Shown here: positions 23,987 to 33,684 of the stretch, piece after piece
How the letters are laid out: the number at the start of each line of letters is the position of its first letter
Numbering within the stretch: the first letter of the stretch is position 1
NCBI GenBank assembly: GCA_016795425.1
Contig: JAEUHG010000064.1
Location: forward strand, 119-64,118
From: Verrucomicrobiales bacterium
GTDB lineage: Bacteria > Verrucomicrobiota > Verrucomicrobiia > Limisphaerales > CAIMTB01
Length of the DNA stretch: 64,000 nucleotides
Reading direction: 5' to 3'
The notes under the pieces: generated by a model
Told to the model about the DNA's origin: nothing
Database searches by the model: none
Seen by the model: the letters and a program-made list of their open reading frames with translations, nothing else
Made by a program: the position numbers and the translations under genes

Positions 23987-26622
23987 GCGACAGGATCGAC
24001 CGACAGCGGACGCTCTGCTTCTCCGGAAAGCGATACACGGAATCGAACGGGTTCAACGCCGGATAGATCCTCGAGTCGCACGAATCCGGACGCACCTTGG
24101 GGATCGAGCGGAACGGTTCGGTCGGACACCACAGCCTCGGTGCGGAAGGTCTCGTTCACCGCTTCCGATCGTTGAACGGCAAACGGTCCAATCCCACCGA
24201 AGGCGACAAAGGAGGACGCCTCCGATCCGGGCCTCAGGAACACCGGCAGCGGTACCGCGAGATCCACCACATTGGCAGGCAGCGCCCGAATCCAACGAGG
24301 CGCTCCGGAGGCGAGCTGTAGATCATACAGACCCCTCGCGCCATCCACCTCGAGCACGGCGAAGGCACGTTCGGATTCCGTGGCGATGTCGAGCCCACCG
24401 ACTTCACGAACATCAATTCCCAGGGGCCTGGGTTCGATGAGCACTCCACCATTCGGCGGGTTGACTCGGAAGAGCACGTCGCGATCCGCGTCGATGGCGT
24501 ACTGCACGGTCCCGCCCGCTCCGAGTCCACCGGGGAGTCCGGCACGATTGTTCGAATAGGCGGTGGCGATGACCCGGGGCGCGGAGCCGTCGGAGAGATT
24601 CAAGGGCGTGTCCATATTCACCGTCGCGCCCATCGATCCAAACACGAGACGATAGTTCTGTCCGGAGGCGGTCACGATGCGGAGGGCGTTGGTCCCGCCA
24701 AGCGCGGCCGGGTTGAAGTCCATTCCAACAGCACTATCGATCCGCAGCGCGGGACCCGACAGCGGAACGGAACTCAGCACGCCGGAGACCGGATTCGCCG
24801 TGTAAAGCAGTCCGAGATCATTGGTGTCGCGCGCCAGCACGTAGAGATCCCCGGTAAATGGGCGGAAGTCCACAGCGACCGCCGACTGGCCCGGTTCGAA
24901 TCCGCTCAGACTCGGCCCGGCGGTGAGCAGGCCCGAATCCGTCCGGAGGAAGACCAGGGAGTTCGTCGCGGTGAGGCCGACGATTGTCGGCGCGGTGACA
25001 TGGACTGGAGTTGGTATGGCGAGGTCACGAAGGTGGCCCGGCACGGATCGGAGCGGAAGGAGTCCGCCCTGCAGGGCGTCGATCTGCGCCAGCCACCGGC
25101 GACCTTGAATCGTGACCAACGCCAACAGGCGATCGGTGGTCGTGTCGATGTCGAGGCCACCGACCTCGCCAATGTCGAATCCCAGCGGGAGGCCGTTGGT
25201 GAGTATCCCGGCGTTGGGCGGACTCACGCGGTAGAGCAGATCGGACTCGCTATCGAGCGCATACTGCGTCGTTCCACCCATTCCACCGCCTCCTGGCAGC
25301 CCGGCACGGTTGTTCGCGTAGGCGGTCGCCACGATGCGCGGCACTGCCCCGTGGGAGGCGCCGGCGAGGTTCAGCGATATGTCGACGTTCACCGTCGCTC
25401 CGTTGGCATCGAAGACGAGGCGGTAATTGGCGCCGTCGCTGGTCACGATGCGAAGCGCATTGACGCCCGAGAGCGCCGCCGGATTGAAATCGATGTCCGG
25501 TTCTCCGGACAGCAGGAGCGATGGACCTGCGAGAGTCACTGGACTCGCCTGCCCCGTCACCGTGTCCACCCGATAGAGTCGCCCCAGGTTGGAAGCGTCG
25601 CGGGTCAACCCGAACAATTCTCCGGTCAACGGCCGAACATCGATGGCCACCAGGGTCTCATCAGACGCAAGGCCGAGCACCAACGGCCCGGCGACCACCG
25701 CGCCACCGTCGGCGGTGAAGCGAACGAGCGAGTTGGTCTCCGTAAGGCCCCAGATGACGGGAATGGGAATCGGGCCCGGAATCGGCGAAGCCAGGTCCAC
25801 GATATCGTCGTCCAGGGGTCGCAGCTTCATCGCAGCCCCGTTGGAGAGGTCGATGGAATAGAGCGCGCGGGAACCGTCGGCGCGCAGAACGGCGAGGCCG
25901 CGTGCTGAACCCGTTGGAATGTCGAAACCTCCGTCCTCGGCCACGTTCACATCGATACCGAGCGACCCGCCGGCGGTGAGAACACCGGCGTTCGGTGGGT
26001 TGACTCGGTAGAGTTGGTCGGAAGCGGCGTCCAGCGCGTATTGGACGGTTCCGCCCTCACCGCCGCCGCCTGGCATTCCGGCGCGGTTGTTGGAATACGC
26101 GGTTGCAATCACTTGCGGCAACGGCGCGCCCGCGGGTGCGTTCAGCGGAGTGTCAACGTTGACCACCGCACCGTCAGCGTTGAACACCAGGCGGTAGTTC
26201 TGTCCCGTTCCCGTCACGATCCGGAGCGCATTGGTTCCGTTGACGGCGGCGGGATTGAAATCGAGGTCGACAGCGCCAGAGATGCCAAGAACGGGTCCAG
26301 ACAGCGCCACGGCACGCGACTCGCCCGTCGCCGGGCTGACGATGAGCAACCGTCCCGTATCGGAAACGCTTCGAGCCAGGGCGTAGAGTTCACCGGTGAA
26401 CGGACGGAAATCGAGCGCGACCACGGATTCCCCCTCGAGCAATCCGCGAATCGATGGGCCAGGAATCGCCGGGGCTCCATCGTCGGAGAAAAAGGAGAGC
26501 GCATTGCGCGTCGAGAGGCCGACGTACAGGTTCTGAGCGGGGGCGGGCAAGTGGGCCGCGACCAGCAGCCCCAAAGTCGCCGACCACAAGACCGAACGAA
26601 GATTTACAGCGTCGATTTTCAT
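23944..26622 (-). CDS. Exported protein with three tandem DUF4394 domains
   Basis: The signal peptide is MKIDAVNLRSVLWSATLGLLVAAHLPAPAQ. The unit ALDFRPFTGELYAL...DLDFNPAAVNGTNALRIVTGTGQNYRLVF occurs three times (also DVRPLTGELFGL and DFRPFTGDLYVL). I moved the start to ATG 26622. The 3' end overlaps the convergent hydrolase gene by 43 nt. Confidence 0.8.
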   Translation of the reverse strand: MKIDAVNLRSVLWSATLGLLVAAHLPAPAQNLYVGLSTRNALSFFSDDGAPAIPGPSIRGLLEGESVVALDFRPFTGELYALARSVSDTGRLLIVSPATGESRAVALSGPVLGISGAVDLDFNPAAVNGTNALRIVTGTGQNYRLVFNADGAVVNVDTPLNAPAGAPLPQVIATAYSNNRAGMPGGGGEGGTVQYALDAASDQLYRVNPPNAGVLTAGGSLGIDVNVAEDGGFDIPTGSARGLAVLRADGSRALYSIDLSNGAAMKLRPLDDDIVDLASPIPGPIPIPVIWGLTETNSLVRFTADGGAVVAGPLVLGLASDETLVAIDVRPLTGELFGLTRDASNLGRLYRVDTVTGQASPVTLAGPSLLLSGEPDIDFNPAALSGVNALRIVTSDGANYRLVFDANGATVNVDISLNLAGASHGAVPRIVATAYANNRAGLPGGGGMGGTTQYALDSESDLLYRVSPPNAGILTNGLPLGFDIGEVGGLDIDTTTDRLLALVTIQGRRWLAQIDALQGGLLPLRSVPGHLRDLAIPTPVHVTAPTIVGLTATNSLVFLRTDSGLLTAGPSLSGFEPGQSAVAVDFRPFTGDLYVLARDTNDLGLLYTANPVSGVLSSVPLSGPALRIDSAVGMDFNPAALGGTNALRIVTASGQNYRLVFGSMGATVNMDTPLNLSDGSAPRVIATAYSNNRAGLPGGLGAGGTVQYAIDADRDVLFRVNPPNGGVLIEPRPLGIDVREVGGLDIATESERAFAVLEVDGARGLYDLQLASGAPRWIRALPANVVDLAVPLPVFLRPGSEASSFVAFGGIGPFAVQRSEAVNETFRTEAVVSDRTVPLDPQGASGFVRLEDLSGVEPVRFRVSLSGEAERPLSVDPVAHSRSVNSPSQSTR

Positions 26623-26802
26623 GAGAGTCAAAGTGACCGATGGTTCTCGGACGACCGGAACGTCGGCGGTCCGCTCAGGCCATCGGTCTCCGCTTTCCAC
26701 AACGATCGCAGCCAGAGATCGGATGCATCGGCCATCGCACCACGATTGCCAAACGCGGGACTCCGTCCAAACATCGCCCGGAACCTGGATTCCCAACCAT
26801 TC

Positions 26803-28131
26803 ATGACGTGGCTCATCTCATTGCTGGCGGCGCTGATTGCAGGGATTGCGGGACTCTTTCTCTCCGGCTTCATCGCCAACGCGTGCGTCTCCTGGTACCA
26901 CGTGTCCAGCCGTGAAGGCGGCGCCGGTTATTTCGTCCTCTTCCTTGCCCTCGGCGGCGGCATCGCCGCGTTCCTCATCGGGCTGATCACCGCTCGGCTC
27001 ATGGCGTCGCACGATGGCGCAGGCTTCGGAAAAGAAGTCGGCGCGGCGTTGAGTGTGGTGGTGGGCCTCGCCGCTATCGCCGCCCTGGTCTGCCGGCTCC
27101 TGGCGGACGTGCCGCCCAAACTCGACGGGCAGGATCTGACGTTGGAGGTGGAGTTTCGCTTCCCCCATTCCACTGGCACCGACAAGCCGCCCACGGCGGA
27201 CGGCAACTGGCGGTTCACCTTCGATTCACTGTCGGGGCATACCGTTCGCAAGAGCGCGGCCGGTGTCGTTCTCACCGAGGCAGCCCGATTCTCGGAAGGT
27301 CGTTGGATTGTCCCCACCCGTGTCAGCCTCTTCACCGCCCGAGGTCAGCGCAGTGTGACCCTGGCCCGTGAAGACGCGAAGGACGTCATGGGCTTTCGGC
27401 TGCCGTTGCCAAGGCATCCAGGCAGTGAGTTTCAGGATTGGAGCGACTGGCTTCCACGCACGCAGGCCAATGGCGAACCATGGCCGGCCGATAAAATGTC
27501 CTGTCGGTTTCGCATTCAGAAAGTCGCGCCGCCGCCGCCTTCGCCACCCCTCCAAAGCGAGGCAGAACGGAAGACCGAAGAGGCCGCCAAGAAGGAGGCC
27601 GTGTTTGCCGCCATTCCGACAAACTCACCGATCGAGGCCTGGTTCCCCTATCTCACCTACGAACAACCCCAAACCCAGCGGGCCCTTCAACAGATCGCGA
27701 GCCGCCCGAACGTGGTGGAGGAACTTGCCGCGCTAGTTGTCGGCGACGATGCGACGATGGCCCACGCCGCTCTCATGTGCATCTCCCGGCTTCCGGTGCC
27801 CCCCAGGGAACTCATTCCACCGGTTCAAGCCGCTGGTCGCCGGATCGCGGAAGGCATCGCCACGTTCAACCGCATTCCCAAGGAGGAAGATCCGGCATTC
27901 GAGAATGCCGTGGACCCAGCCACGCGCTTCTACGGCTGGATTCCCGCCGTCAAAACGCTGCGCGCGAAATGCGGCGGCGATTTCATCCCTGAGTTGAAAG
28001 GCATCCTGGAACTCTCCCGCGTTCGACCGGAGAGCCATTGCATGCGGGTCGATATCTGCCGGGTGGCCAGTCACTACCTGCACCAATGGGCGGGCATCCC
28101 TCCGTTGCCAACGGATCCGAAGCCCGACTGA
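26803..28131 (+). CDS. Membrane protein, unknown function
   Basis: There are three N-terminal hydrophobic helices (LISLLAALIAGIAGLFLSGFI, YFVLFLALGGGIAAFLIGLI, LSVVVGLAAIAALVC). A beta-rich middle, a Pro-rich linker APPPPSPPL and a helical C-terminal region follow. I moved the start to ATG 26803 because the track start 26014 lies inside the opposite-strand DUF4394 gene. Confidence 0.6.
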   Translation: MTWLISLLAALIAGIAGLFLSGFIANACVSWYHVSSREGGAGYFVLFLALGGGIAAFLIGLITARLMASHDGAGFGKEVGAALSVVVGLAAIAALVCRLLADVPPKLDGQDLTLEVEFRFPHSTGTDKPPTADGNWRFTFDSLSGHTVRKSAAGVVLTEAARFSEGRWIVPTRVSLFTARGQRSVTLAREDAKDVMGFRLPLPRHPGSEFQDWSDWLPRTQANGEPWPADKMSCRFRIQKVAPPPPSPPLQSEAERKTEEAAKKEAVFAAIPTNSPIEAWFPYLTYEQPQTQRALQQIASRPNVVEELAALVVGDDATMAHAALMCISRLPVPPRELIPPVQAAGRRIAEGIATFNRIPKEEDPAFENAVDPATRFYGWIPAVKTLRAKCGGDFIPELKGILELSRVRPESHCMRVDICRVASHYLHQWAGIPPLPTDPKPD

Positions 28132-28245
28132 GGCCGGATCTCTGACCACGGCCACCCAACCCCCGCCATCCGATCCCGATGGCACAGGACGGATATCGCT
28201 CCTTTCGTGATTGTGCAGCATCCACCGGGTGCCGACGCTGGGGGC

Positions 28246-28467
28246 ATGGTCTCCGCCGAAAGCGAACGCCTCCAGCGTCTCGAGATTCAACTGACCCATC
28301 TCGAGAGACAATATGAAGTCCTGAATTCGGTCGTCATGGAGCAGGGCAAACAGATCACCCGACTTCAAGCCCTGGCCTTCAAACTGACCGAATCCGTTGA
28401 GCAGGCTGAAGCCGATCGCATCCGGTCGACGCCTTCCCGCCCGCCCCATTCGGCTCCCCCTCTCTGA
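28246..28467 (+). CDS. slyX: SlyX-family coiled-coil protein
   Basis: RLQRLEIQLTHLERQYEVLNSVVMEQGKQITRLQALAFKL...SRPPHS mirrors the SlyX pattern (RLxELExRLAFQE...LN..V...Q...I..L...PPPH). Confidence 0.6.
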   Translation: MVSAESERLQRLEIQLTHLERQYEVLNSVVMEQGKQITRLQALAFKLTESVEQAEADRIRSTPSRPPHSAPPL

Positions 28468-28518
28468 AACCCCGCTTCACCATGCCTCCCAGCGCCCATA
28501 CTAAGCTCGGCGCTGGCC

Positions 28519-30792
28519 ATGAACGAATCCAGTCTGCTCTTCCCGACGGGTAATCGGACGGCTCAATCCGGCACCGGGATTTCGCGCGGCCCCCACCCGC
28601 CGCAACCTGCCCGATGGTGCTTCGCGTCCTCACGCCCCTATGCCTCGTGCTTCCCTGCCTGGTTCTCCTGCCTTCCTTCCTGGCCGATCGCCCTGCTGGC
28701 AGCCCTCCGAATCGCGACGCCGCTACCGGGTGCGGAGGCGGACACTCCCGTGTTGCGAATCTCGGAGACGGGCCCACATGCCGTGGTGTTGGGTTCGACG
28801 GCACGCCCGATCCTGACGTCGCCATCGGAAGGCCTCTGGTCAGTGGCGACAAACTGGACCGACGGTTGGCCTTCCGGTTGGGTTCACGCCAACCCTGAGA
28901 AGGTCGAGCGCAGCGGTGATTGGACCATCGTGTCGGGGAAGATCGAACTGGCGGGCGGCGTGCTCCAAGTGCGCGATGCGTATCGTCTCGAGTCCGATTT
29001 GCTCCGCGGGACTCGTCGCTGGACCTGGACGGGTCAAGTGCCTTTGTCACGAGCGACGCTTTCGGTGCGTTGGATTGCGCCGGGAGCGGCCCACGCCAAG
29101 CCGATGATGCCGGGCATCGTCCTTTACGGGAACCCAGCCGGCGAGAAGACCGGCAATCACGCTGTGGCAGTCCACGCGGGACTGCCTGGCGACCGGACGT
29201 TCTTCGAGGAACACCGCTTTTCCGCGCCATGGACCAGTATCGAATGGCGGGACGATGGCGCGACTCGGGCGGCGGCGTTGCATACCCTTCCGTCACCCGC
29301 CTTCGGTGCCAATCAGAATGATCAATGGTGGACGCTTGGATTGATCTCCGGAAGCAACGCCACCGAGCTGGCCAGCCTCTCGGGACCCACCGCCGCTAAC
29401 CACCGCCCTAGCGTCACCAAGGCCCTCCAAGGCGAGTTCCTGGGTTATCCCGATACCTGGCTGAACCTGCGACCCGGCGCCGTCGTGGAAAAGACCTACC
29501 TCCTCGAGATCGTGCCCGAAACCCAACCGGGCAACGGCTTTCGCCAACCGCTCCGCACCGCCATGCGCCTGCATCCAGCCGGACACTTGGCGGGTCTGCC
29601 GAGCTACCAGGAAATCCTGCGCGAGAAATACCGCTTCGCCCTCTCGCGCTGGAGGGAACGGGGTCCGGACTCCGGTTTCGAAATGTATCCCGATGACATC
29701 AAGGGGACCCAATACGTCATGGGCTGGTGCGGCCAGGCGGACGCCGCGGGTTACGCCATGCTTGCCCTGGCAGGCCGCCTCGCTGATTCCACCCTGCTCG
29801 ACCGCGGACAACGCTCGCTCGACGGACTGGCTCGATCGCCCTTCAACGAGCACGGATTCCTGCTCAACTACGATGCCGACACAGGTCGGTGGAAGGATCA
29901 GGATCCCGTGTCCCAAGGGCAGGCCATGGAGTCGTTTGCACGAGCGATCCTTGCCGGCCGCAAAATGTCCGGCGTGCGAACCGCGCATTGGGAGGAATTC
30001 TTAAAGCGCGCCTGCGCTCTCCAGGCGGATCGCATCCTCCAACCCCGCTGGAATCCGCGCAACACCGCCGAGGCCTTCTTCATTTCACCGTTGTGCCAGG
30101 CCTACACCTTGTTCGGCGAGGAAGCCTTCAAGCGCGCGGCAGTCAAGGCGGCCGAATATTATGCGAAACGACATCTCGACATGACCGAGCCGTATTGGGG
30201 AGGAACCCTCGACGCGAATTGCGAAGACAAGGAAGGCGCGTGGGCCGCCTTTCAAGCGTTCCTTTCTCTGTACGAACTCACTCGGGAACGACGCTATCTC
30301 GATTGGGCGGAACATGCCATGGACGTGACCCTCTCCTACACGGTGCTCTGGGACATCGATCTCCCGGCCGGTCGCCTGCGTGACCACGGCCTCAAGACCC
30401 GGGGCTGGACGATTGTGTCCGCCCAGAACCAGCACCTGGACGTTTTCGGTGTCATGTATACCCCGGAACTCTGGCGCATGGGCCAATACCTGGGCCGCGC
30501 GGACCTTCAACGGTTGGCCGCCGTGATGTATCGATCCTGCGGCCAAATGATGGATCCCTATGGCAGCAGCGGCGAACAGATCCAGCACACGAACTTCGCC
30601 CAACACGGAGACATGTCGAACGTGTTCCGGTTGCGAGGCGGCTACAGCGAGAGCTGGACCGTCTTCTGGATCACCGCCCATTTCCTCAACGCCGCCGCCG
30701 AGTTTGAACGAATGGGGGTCGACCTGGACCACGTCGATGACGCCCGCACCCTGGCGAAACCGGGTGCGGGAAAGACCCCGGCCCAGCGCTGA
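28519..30792 (+). CDS. Exported hypothetical protein with a helix-rich (alpha/alpha-toroid-like) C-terminal half; possible glycan-active partner of the downstream GH127
   Basis: This is a long ORF with coding-like bias. The C-terminal 400 aa have repeated helical hairpins rich in W/Y/A (GWCGQADAAGYAMLALAG, AEAFFISPLCQAYTLFGEE, AWAAFQAFLSLYELT). No family is recognised with confidence and the start is uncertain. Confidence 0.55.
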   Translation: MNESSLLFPTGNRTAQSGTGISRGPHPPQPARWCFASSRPYASCFPAWFSCLPSWPIALLAALRIATPLPGAEADTPVLRISETGPHAVVLGSTARPILTSPSEGLWSVATNWTDGWPSGWVHANPEKVERSGDWTIVSGKIELAGGVLQVRDAYRLESDLLRGTRRWTWTGQVPLSRATLSVRWIAPGAAHAKPMMPGIVLYGNPAGEKTGNHAVAVHAGLPGDRTFFEEHRFSAPWTSIEWRDDGATRAAALHTLPSPAFGANQNDQWWTLGLISGSNATELASLSGPTAANHRPSVTKALQGEFLGYPDTWLNLRPGAVVEKTYLLEIVPETQPGNGFRQPLRTAMRLHPAGHLAGLPSYQEILREKYRFALSRWRERGPDSGFEMYPDDIKGTQYVMGWCGQADAAGYAMLALAGRLADSTLLDRGQRSLDGLARSPFNEHGFLLNYDADTGRWKDQDPVSQGQAMESFARAILAGRKMSGVRTAHWEEFLKRACALQADRILQPRWNPRNTAEAFFISPLCQAYTLFGEEAFKRAAVKAAEYYAKRHLDMTEPYWGGTLDANCEDKEGAWAAFQAFLSLYELTRERRYLDWAEHAMDVTLSYTVLWDIDLPAGRLRDHGLKTRGWTIVSAQNQHLDVFGVMYTPELWRMGQYLGRADLQRLAAVMYRSCGQMMDPYGSSGEQIQHTNFAQHGDMSNVFRLRGGYSESWTVFWITAHFLNAAAEFERMGVDLDHVDDARTLAKPGAGKTPAQR

Positions 30793-30827
30793 CCCGCACA
30801 TTCCTCCCCGATTGCCTCCCGACTCCA

Positions 30828-32786
30828 ATGAAGACTCGCCTCGCCGTCATTCTGGCCTCCGCGCTCAGCTTGCCCAGCGCGGTCGCCGCCTCCCGCGACT
30901 ATCCCATTCGACCGGTTCCCTTCACCGACGTGCGGGTCGACGACGCGTTCTGGACCCCGCGCATCGAGACGAATCGCCAGACCACCGTTTGGTATTGCTT
31001 CAAAAAGTGTGAAGAGACGGGGCGCATCAGCAACTTTGCCCGGGCCGGCGGTCAGGAGCCCGGCCCCTTTCAGGGATGTCCCTTTGATGATTCGGATGTG
31101 TACAAGGTTATCCAAGGGGCGGCCTACACGCTGGCGACCCATCCCGATCCGAAACTCGATGCCTACCTGGACGAGCTCATTGCCAAGATCGCCGCGGCAC
31201 AGGAATCCGATGGCTACCTATATACGGCCCGGACGCTAAAGAGCGGGCATTCCCGGGCCGGGAAGGATCGTTGGCTGAACGAACGTGGGGCGCAGACGCC
31301 AGGCGAGGACAGCCACGAACTCTACAATCTCGGCCACCTTTACGAAGCCGCCGCCGCCCATTTCGAGGCCACCGGAAAGACCAACCTGCTGCAAGTCGCG
31401 CGCCGCAGCGCCGATCTGGTGTCCCGCGTCTGGGGCAAGGGCAAACTCGAGATTCCCTCGGGCCATCAGGAGATCGAGATCGGTTTGATCAAACTCTTTC
31501 GCGTGACCAGTGACGCGAAATACCTCGATCTGGCAAAGTTCCTCCTCGATTGCCGCGGCAACGGTCGCTACGAGGTTCCCGCCGGCCATTACGGCCCCCG
31601 CTATTACTCGGATCATCTCCCGGTGACACAACAGACCGAGGCCGTCGGACATTCGGTTCGATCCACCTACATGTATTCCGCCATGGCGGATATCGCCGCC
31701 ATCCTGGCGGACTCCGCCTACGCCAAGGCTGCGGATGCTCTCTGGCAAAGTGTCGTGGGGCGTAAACTCTATCTCACTGGCGGCATTGGCTCCGACGCCA
31801 CCACCGAAGGTTTCGGCCCCGATTTCGCGCTACCCAATGATGGGTACAACGAAACCTGCGCCGCCATCGGCAACGCGCTCTGGAACCAGCGCATGTTCCT
31901 GCTCCACGGAGACGCCCAATACATCGACGTGCTCGAGCGAACGCTCTACAACGGGTTTCTCGCCGGTGTGGCGTTCACCGGTGACCGCTTTTTCTACCCG
32001 AATCCGCTCGTCTGTGACGGCAAACGGAAGTTCAACCAGGGCTCATTGGAACGCGCTCCGTGGTTCGGCTGCTCCTGTTGCCCCGTCAATGACGTGCGCT
32101 TCATCCCCGAGATCGCCGGTTCGATCTACGCCACCCGGGCCGACTCCGTTTACGTCAACCTCTATGTCGGCTGCCGTGCCTCAATGGAGATCCGCGGAAC
32201 GACGGTGAGCCTGAGGCAGACCACCCAATATCCGTTCGATGGAAAGGTCTCCCTCGCGGTCGATCCGCCGCGTGCCACCCGATTCGCGCTGCACCTTCGC
32301 ATCCCCGGTTGGGCACGAAACGAACCGCTGCCATCCGATCTCTATCGCTACTCGGACAACCTTCGACCGGCGGTCAGCCTGGCGGTGAATGGAAGCAGGA
32401 CCGATCTCAGGATGCACAGGGGTTACGCCGAGCTCCGCCGCGAATGGAAGCCAGGCGATGTCGTCACGCTCGACCTCGAAATGCCGGTGCGCCGCGTGGT
32501 GGCGAATCCGAAGGTCCAAGCCGCCGCGAATAGCATCGCGGTCGAACGGGGTCCGCTGGTTTATTGCGCGGAGGGCGCCGACAATCCAGGCACAGTGATG
32601 GGCCATCGGATGTCGGGAAAGACCACGTTCAACACGGAGACGCGATCCGATCTGCTTGGCGGCCTGGTTGCCGTAAAGGCCCTCTCCGGTGCAGCAGACG
32701 GAAGGGCACTGACGATGATTCCCTACTACGCCTGGGCCCATCGCGGCCCGAATGAAATGCGGGTGTGGTTTCCCTTCGATCCGTGA
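30828..32786 (+). CDS. Glycoside hydrolase family 127 (DUF1680, beta-L-arabinofuranosidase-like)
   Basis: The signal peptide is followed by DDAFWTPRIETNR, DDSDVYKVIQGAAY, SHELYNLGHLYEAAAAHFEATG, GHQEIEIGLIKLFRVT, YNETCAAIGNALWNQRMF and the Cys-rich zinc site PWFGCSCCPVN characteristic of GH127. Confidence 0.85.
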   Translation: MKTRLAVILASALSLPSAVAASRDYPIRPVPFTDVRVDDAFWTPRIETNRQTTVWYCFKKCEETGRISNFARAGGQEPGPFQGCPFDDSDVYKVIQGAAYTLATHPDPKLDAYLDELIAKIAAAQESDGYLYTARTLKSGHSRAGKDRWLNERGAQTPGEDSHELYNLGHLYEAAAAHFEATGKTNLLQVARRSADLVSRVWGKGKLEIPSGHQEIEIGLIKLFRVTSDAKYLDLAKFLLDCRGNGRYEVPAGHYGPRYYSDHLPVTQQTEAVGHSVRSTYMYSAMADIAAILADSAYAKAADALWQSVVGRKLYLTGGIGSDATTEGFGPDFALPNDGYNETCAAIGNALWNQRMFLLHGDAQYIDVLERTLYNGFLAGVAFTGDRFFYPNPLVCDGKRKFNQGSLERAPWFGCSCCPVNDVRFIPEIAGSIYATRADSVYVNLYVGCRASMEIRGTTVSLRQTTQYPFDGKVSLAVDPPRATRFALHLRIPGWARNEPLPSDLYRYSDNLRPAVSLAVNGSRTDLRMHRGYAELRREWKPGDVVTLDLEMPVRRVVANPKVQAAANSIAVERGPLVYCAEGADNPGTVMGHRMSGKTTFNTETRSDLLGGLVAVKALSGAADGRALTMIPYYAWAHRGPNEMRVWFPFDP

Positions 32787-32834
32787 AGCCCCACGAAAGA
32801 CTCCGGTAGCGGAACAGGTGGCCAGACGGGAGCC

Positions 32835-33593
32835 TTATTCGGGGGCCCGCGCAGATGGTGGGTTGGTTCGCGATGCCGAGCTCACGCCTCGCCGCAGCTT
32901 TACAGCCAGTTCAGCAACCCTGTGCCCCAACCGCCGGGCGCTGTCCAACTCAACCTCGCCGACGCCGGGATCAGCGGGCCCGGTCATGGCGGTGGCGCCC
33001 GCTTCGGCCCAGACACTACCGGTCTTCTCGTTCCGGTAGAGAGGACCCGCCACAACCATTCGATTGTTCACCATGAACATGAGAAGCGAGATCACCGTGA
33101 ATTCCTTGCCGCCGGTTTGGCCACCCCCGGTGGCAAAAGCACCGCCAACCTTGTCGGTCAAATCGACCTTCATCTTCCAGGACCAATCATCAATAACCGT
33201 TTTCATCCGGCCCGGCATCGTGCCGTAGTAGGTCGGGCACCCGAGCACCAACCCATCCGCGGCTTCGAGATCCTCACGCACGACCGCCTCGACTCGCTTG
33301 AGGGTGACCTGTACGCCGGTGAGTTGCCGAGCGCCTTCAACCACCGCTGCGGCAGCTTTCTCCGTGTGGCCGGAAAGCGAATCGTACGCGACCAGAACCT
33401 GGGTCGGACGGGAGGCTTCGGTTTCGGCTGCTCGGAAGTTCAGGGTACCGCCAAAAATCAGAGCCACGACGAGACCAGCGACGCCCCGCCAGCCTCGCCC
33501 GCAGGGCTTCGGTGGGCAACCGGCCGGCCTCCAACCATGCTGCCCGTAAGGCACCCCAATCCGCCCGGAATCCAGGGCTTCGGAAATCCTCAT
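32835..33593 (-). CDS. Flavodoxin-fold (WrbA-like) protein with an N-terminal hydrophobic/signal segment
   Basis: VLVAYDSLSGHTEKAAAAVVEGA, LEAADGLVLGCPTYYGTMPGRMK and GGAFATGGGQTGGKE are flavodoxin/WrbA FMN-binding blocks. They are preceded by WRGVAGLVVALIFGGTLNFRAAE. Confidence 0.75.
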   Translation of the reverse strand: MRISEALDSGRIGVPYGQHGWRPAGCPPKPCGRGWRGVAGLVVALIFGGTLNFRAAETEASRPTQVLVAYDSLSGHTEKAAAAVVEGARQLTGVQVTLKRVEAVVREDLEAADGLVLGCPTYYGTMPGRMKTVIDDWSWKMKVDLTDKVGGAFATGGGQTGGKEFTVISLLMFMVNNRMVVAGPLYRNEKTGSVWAEAGATAMTGPADPGVGEVELDSARRLGHRVAELAVKLRRGVSSASRTNPPSARAPE

Positions 33594-33684
33594 GGGATAA
33601 GCCTAACAGGCATCGATTCCCGTGACGATCACATCGGCGACGGCGCGGACGAGGTCGATTCCATTCCGTCACTGCCAACGTCCT

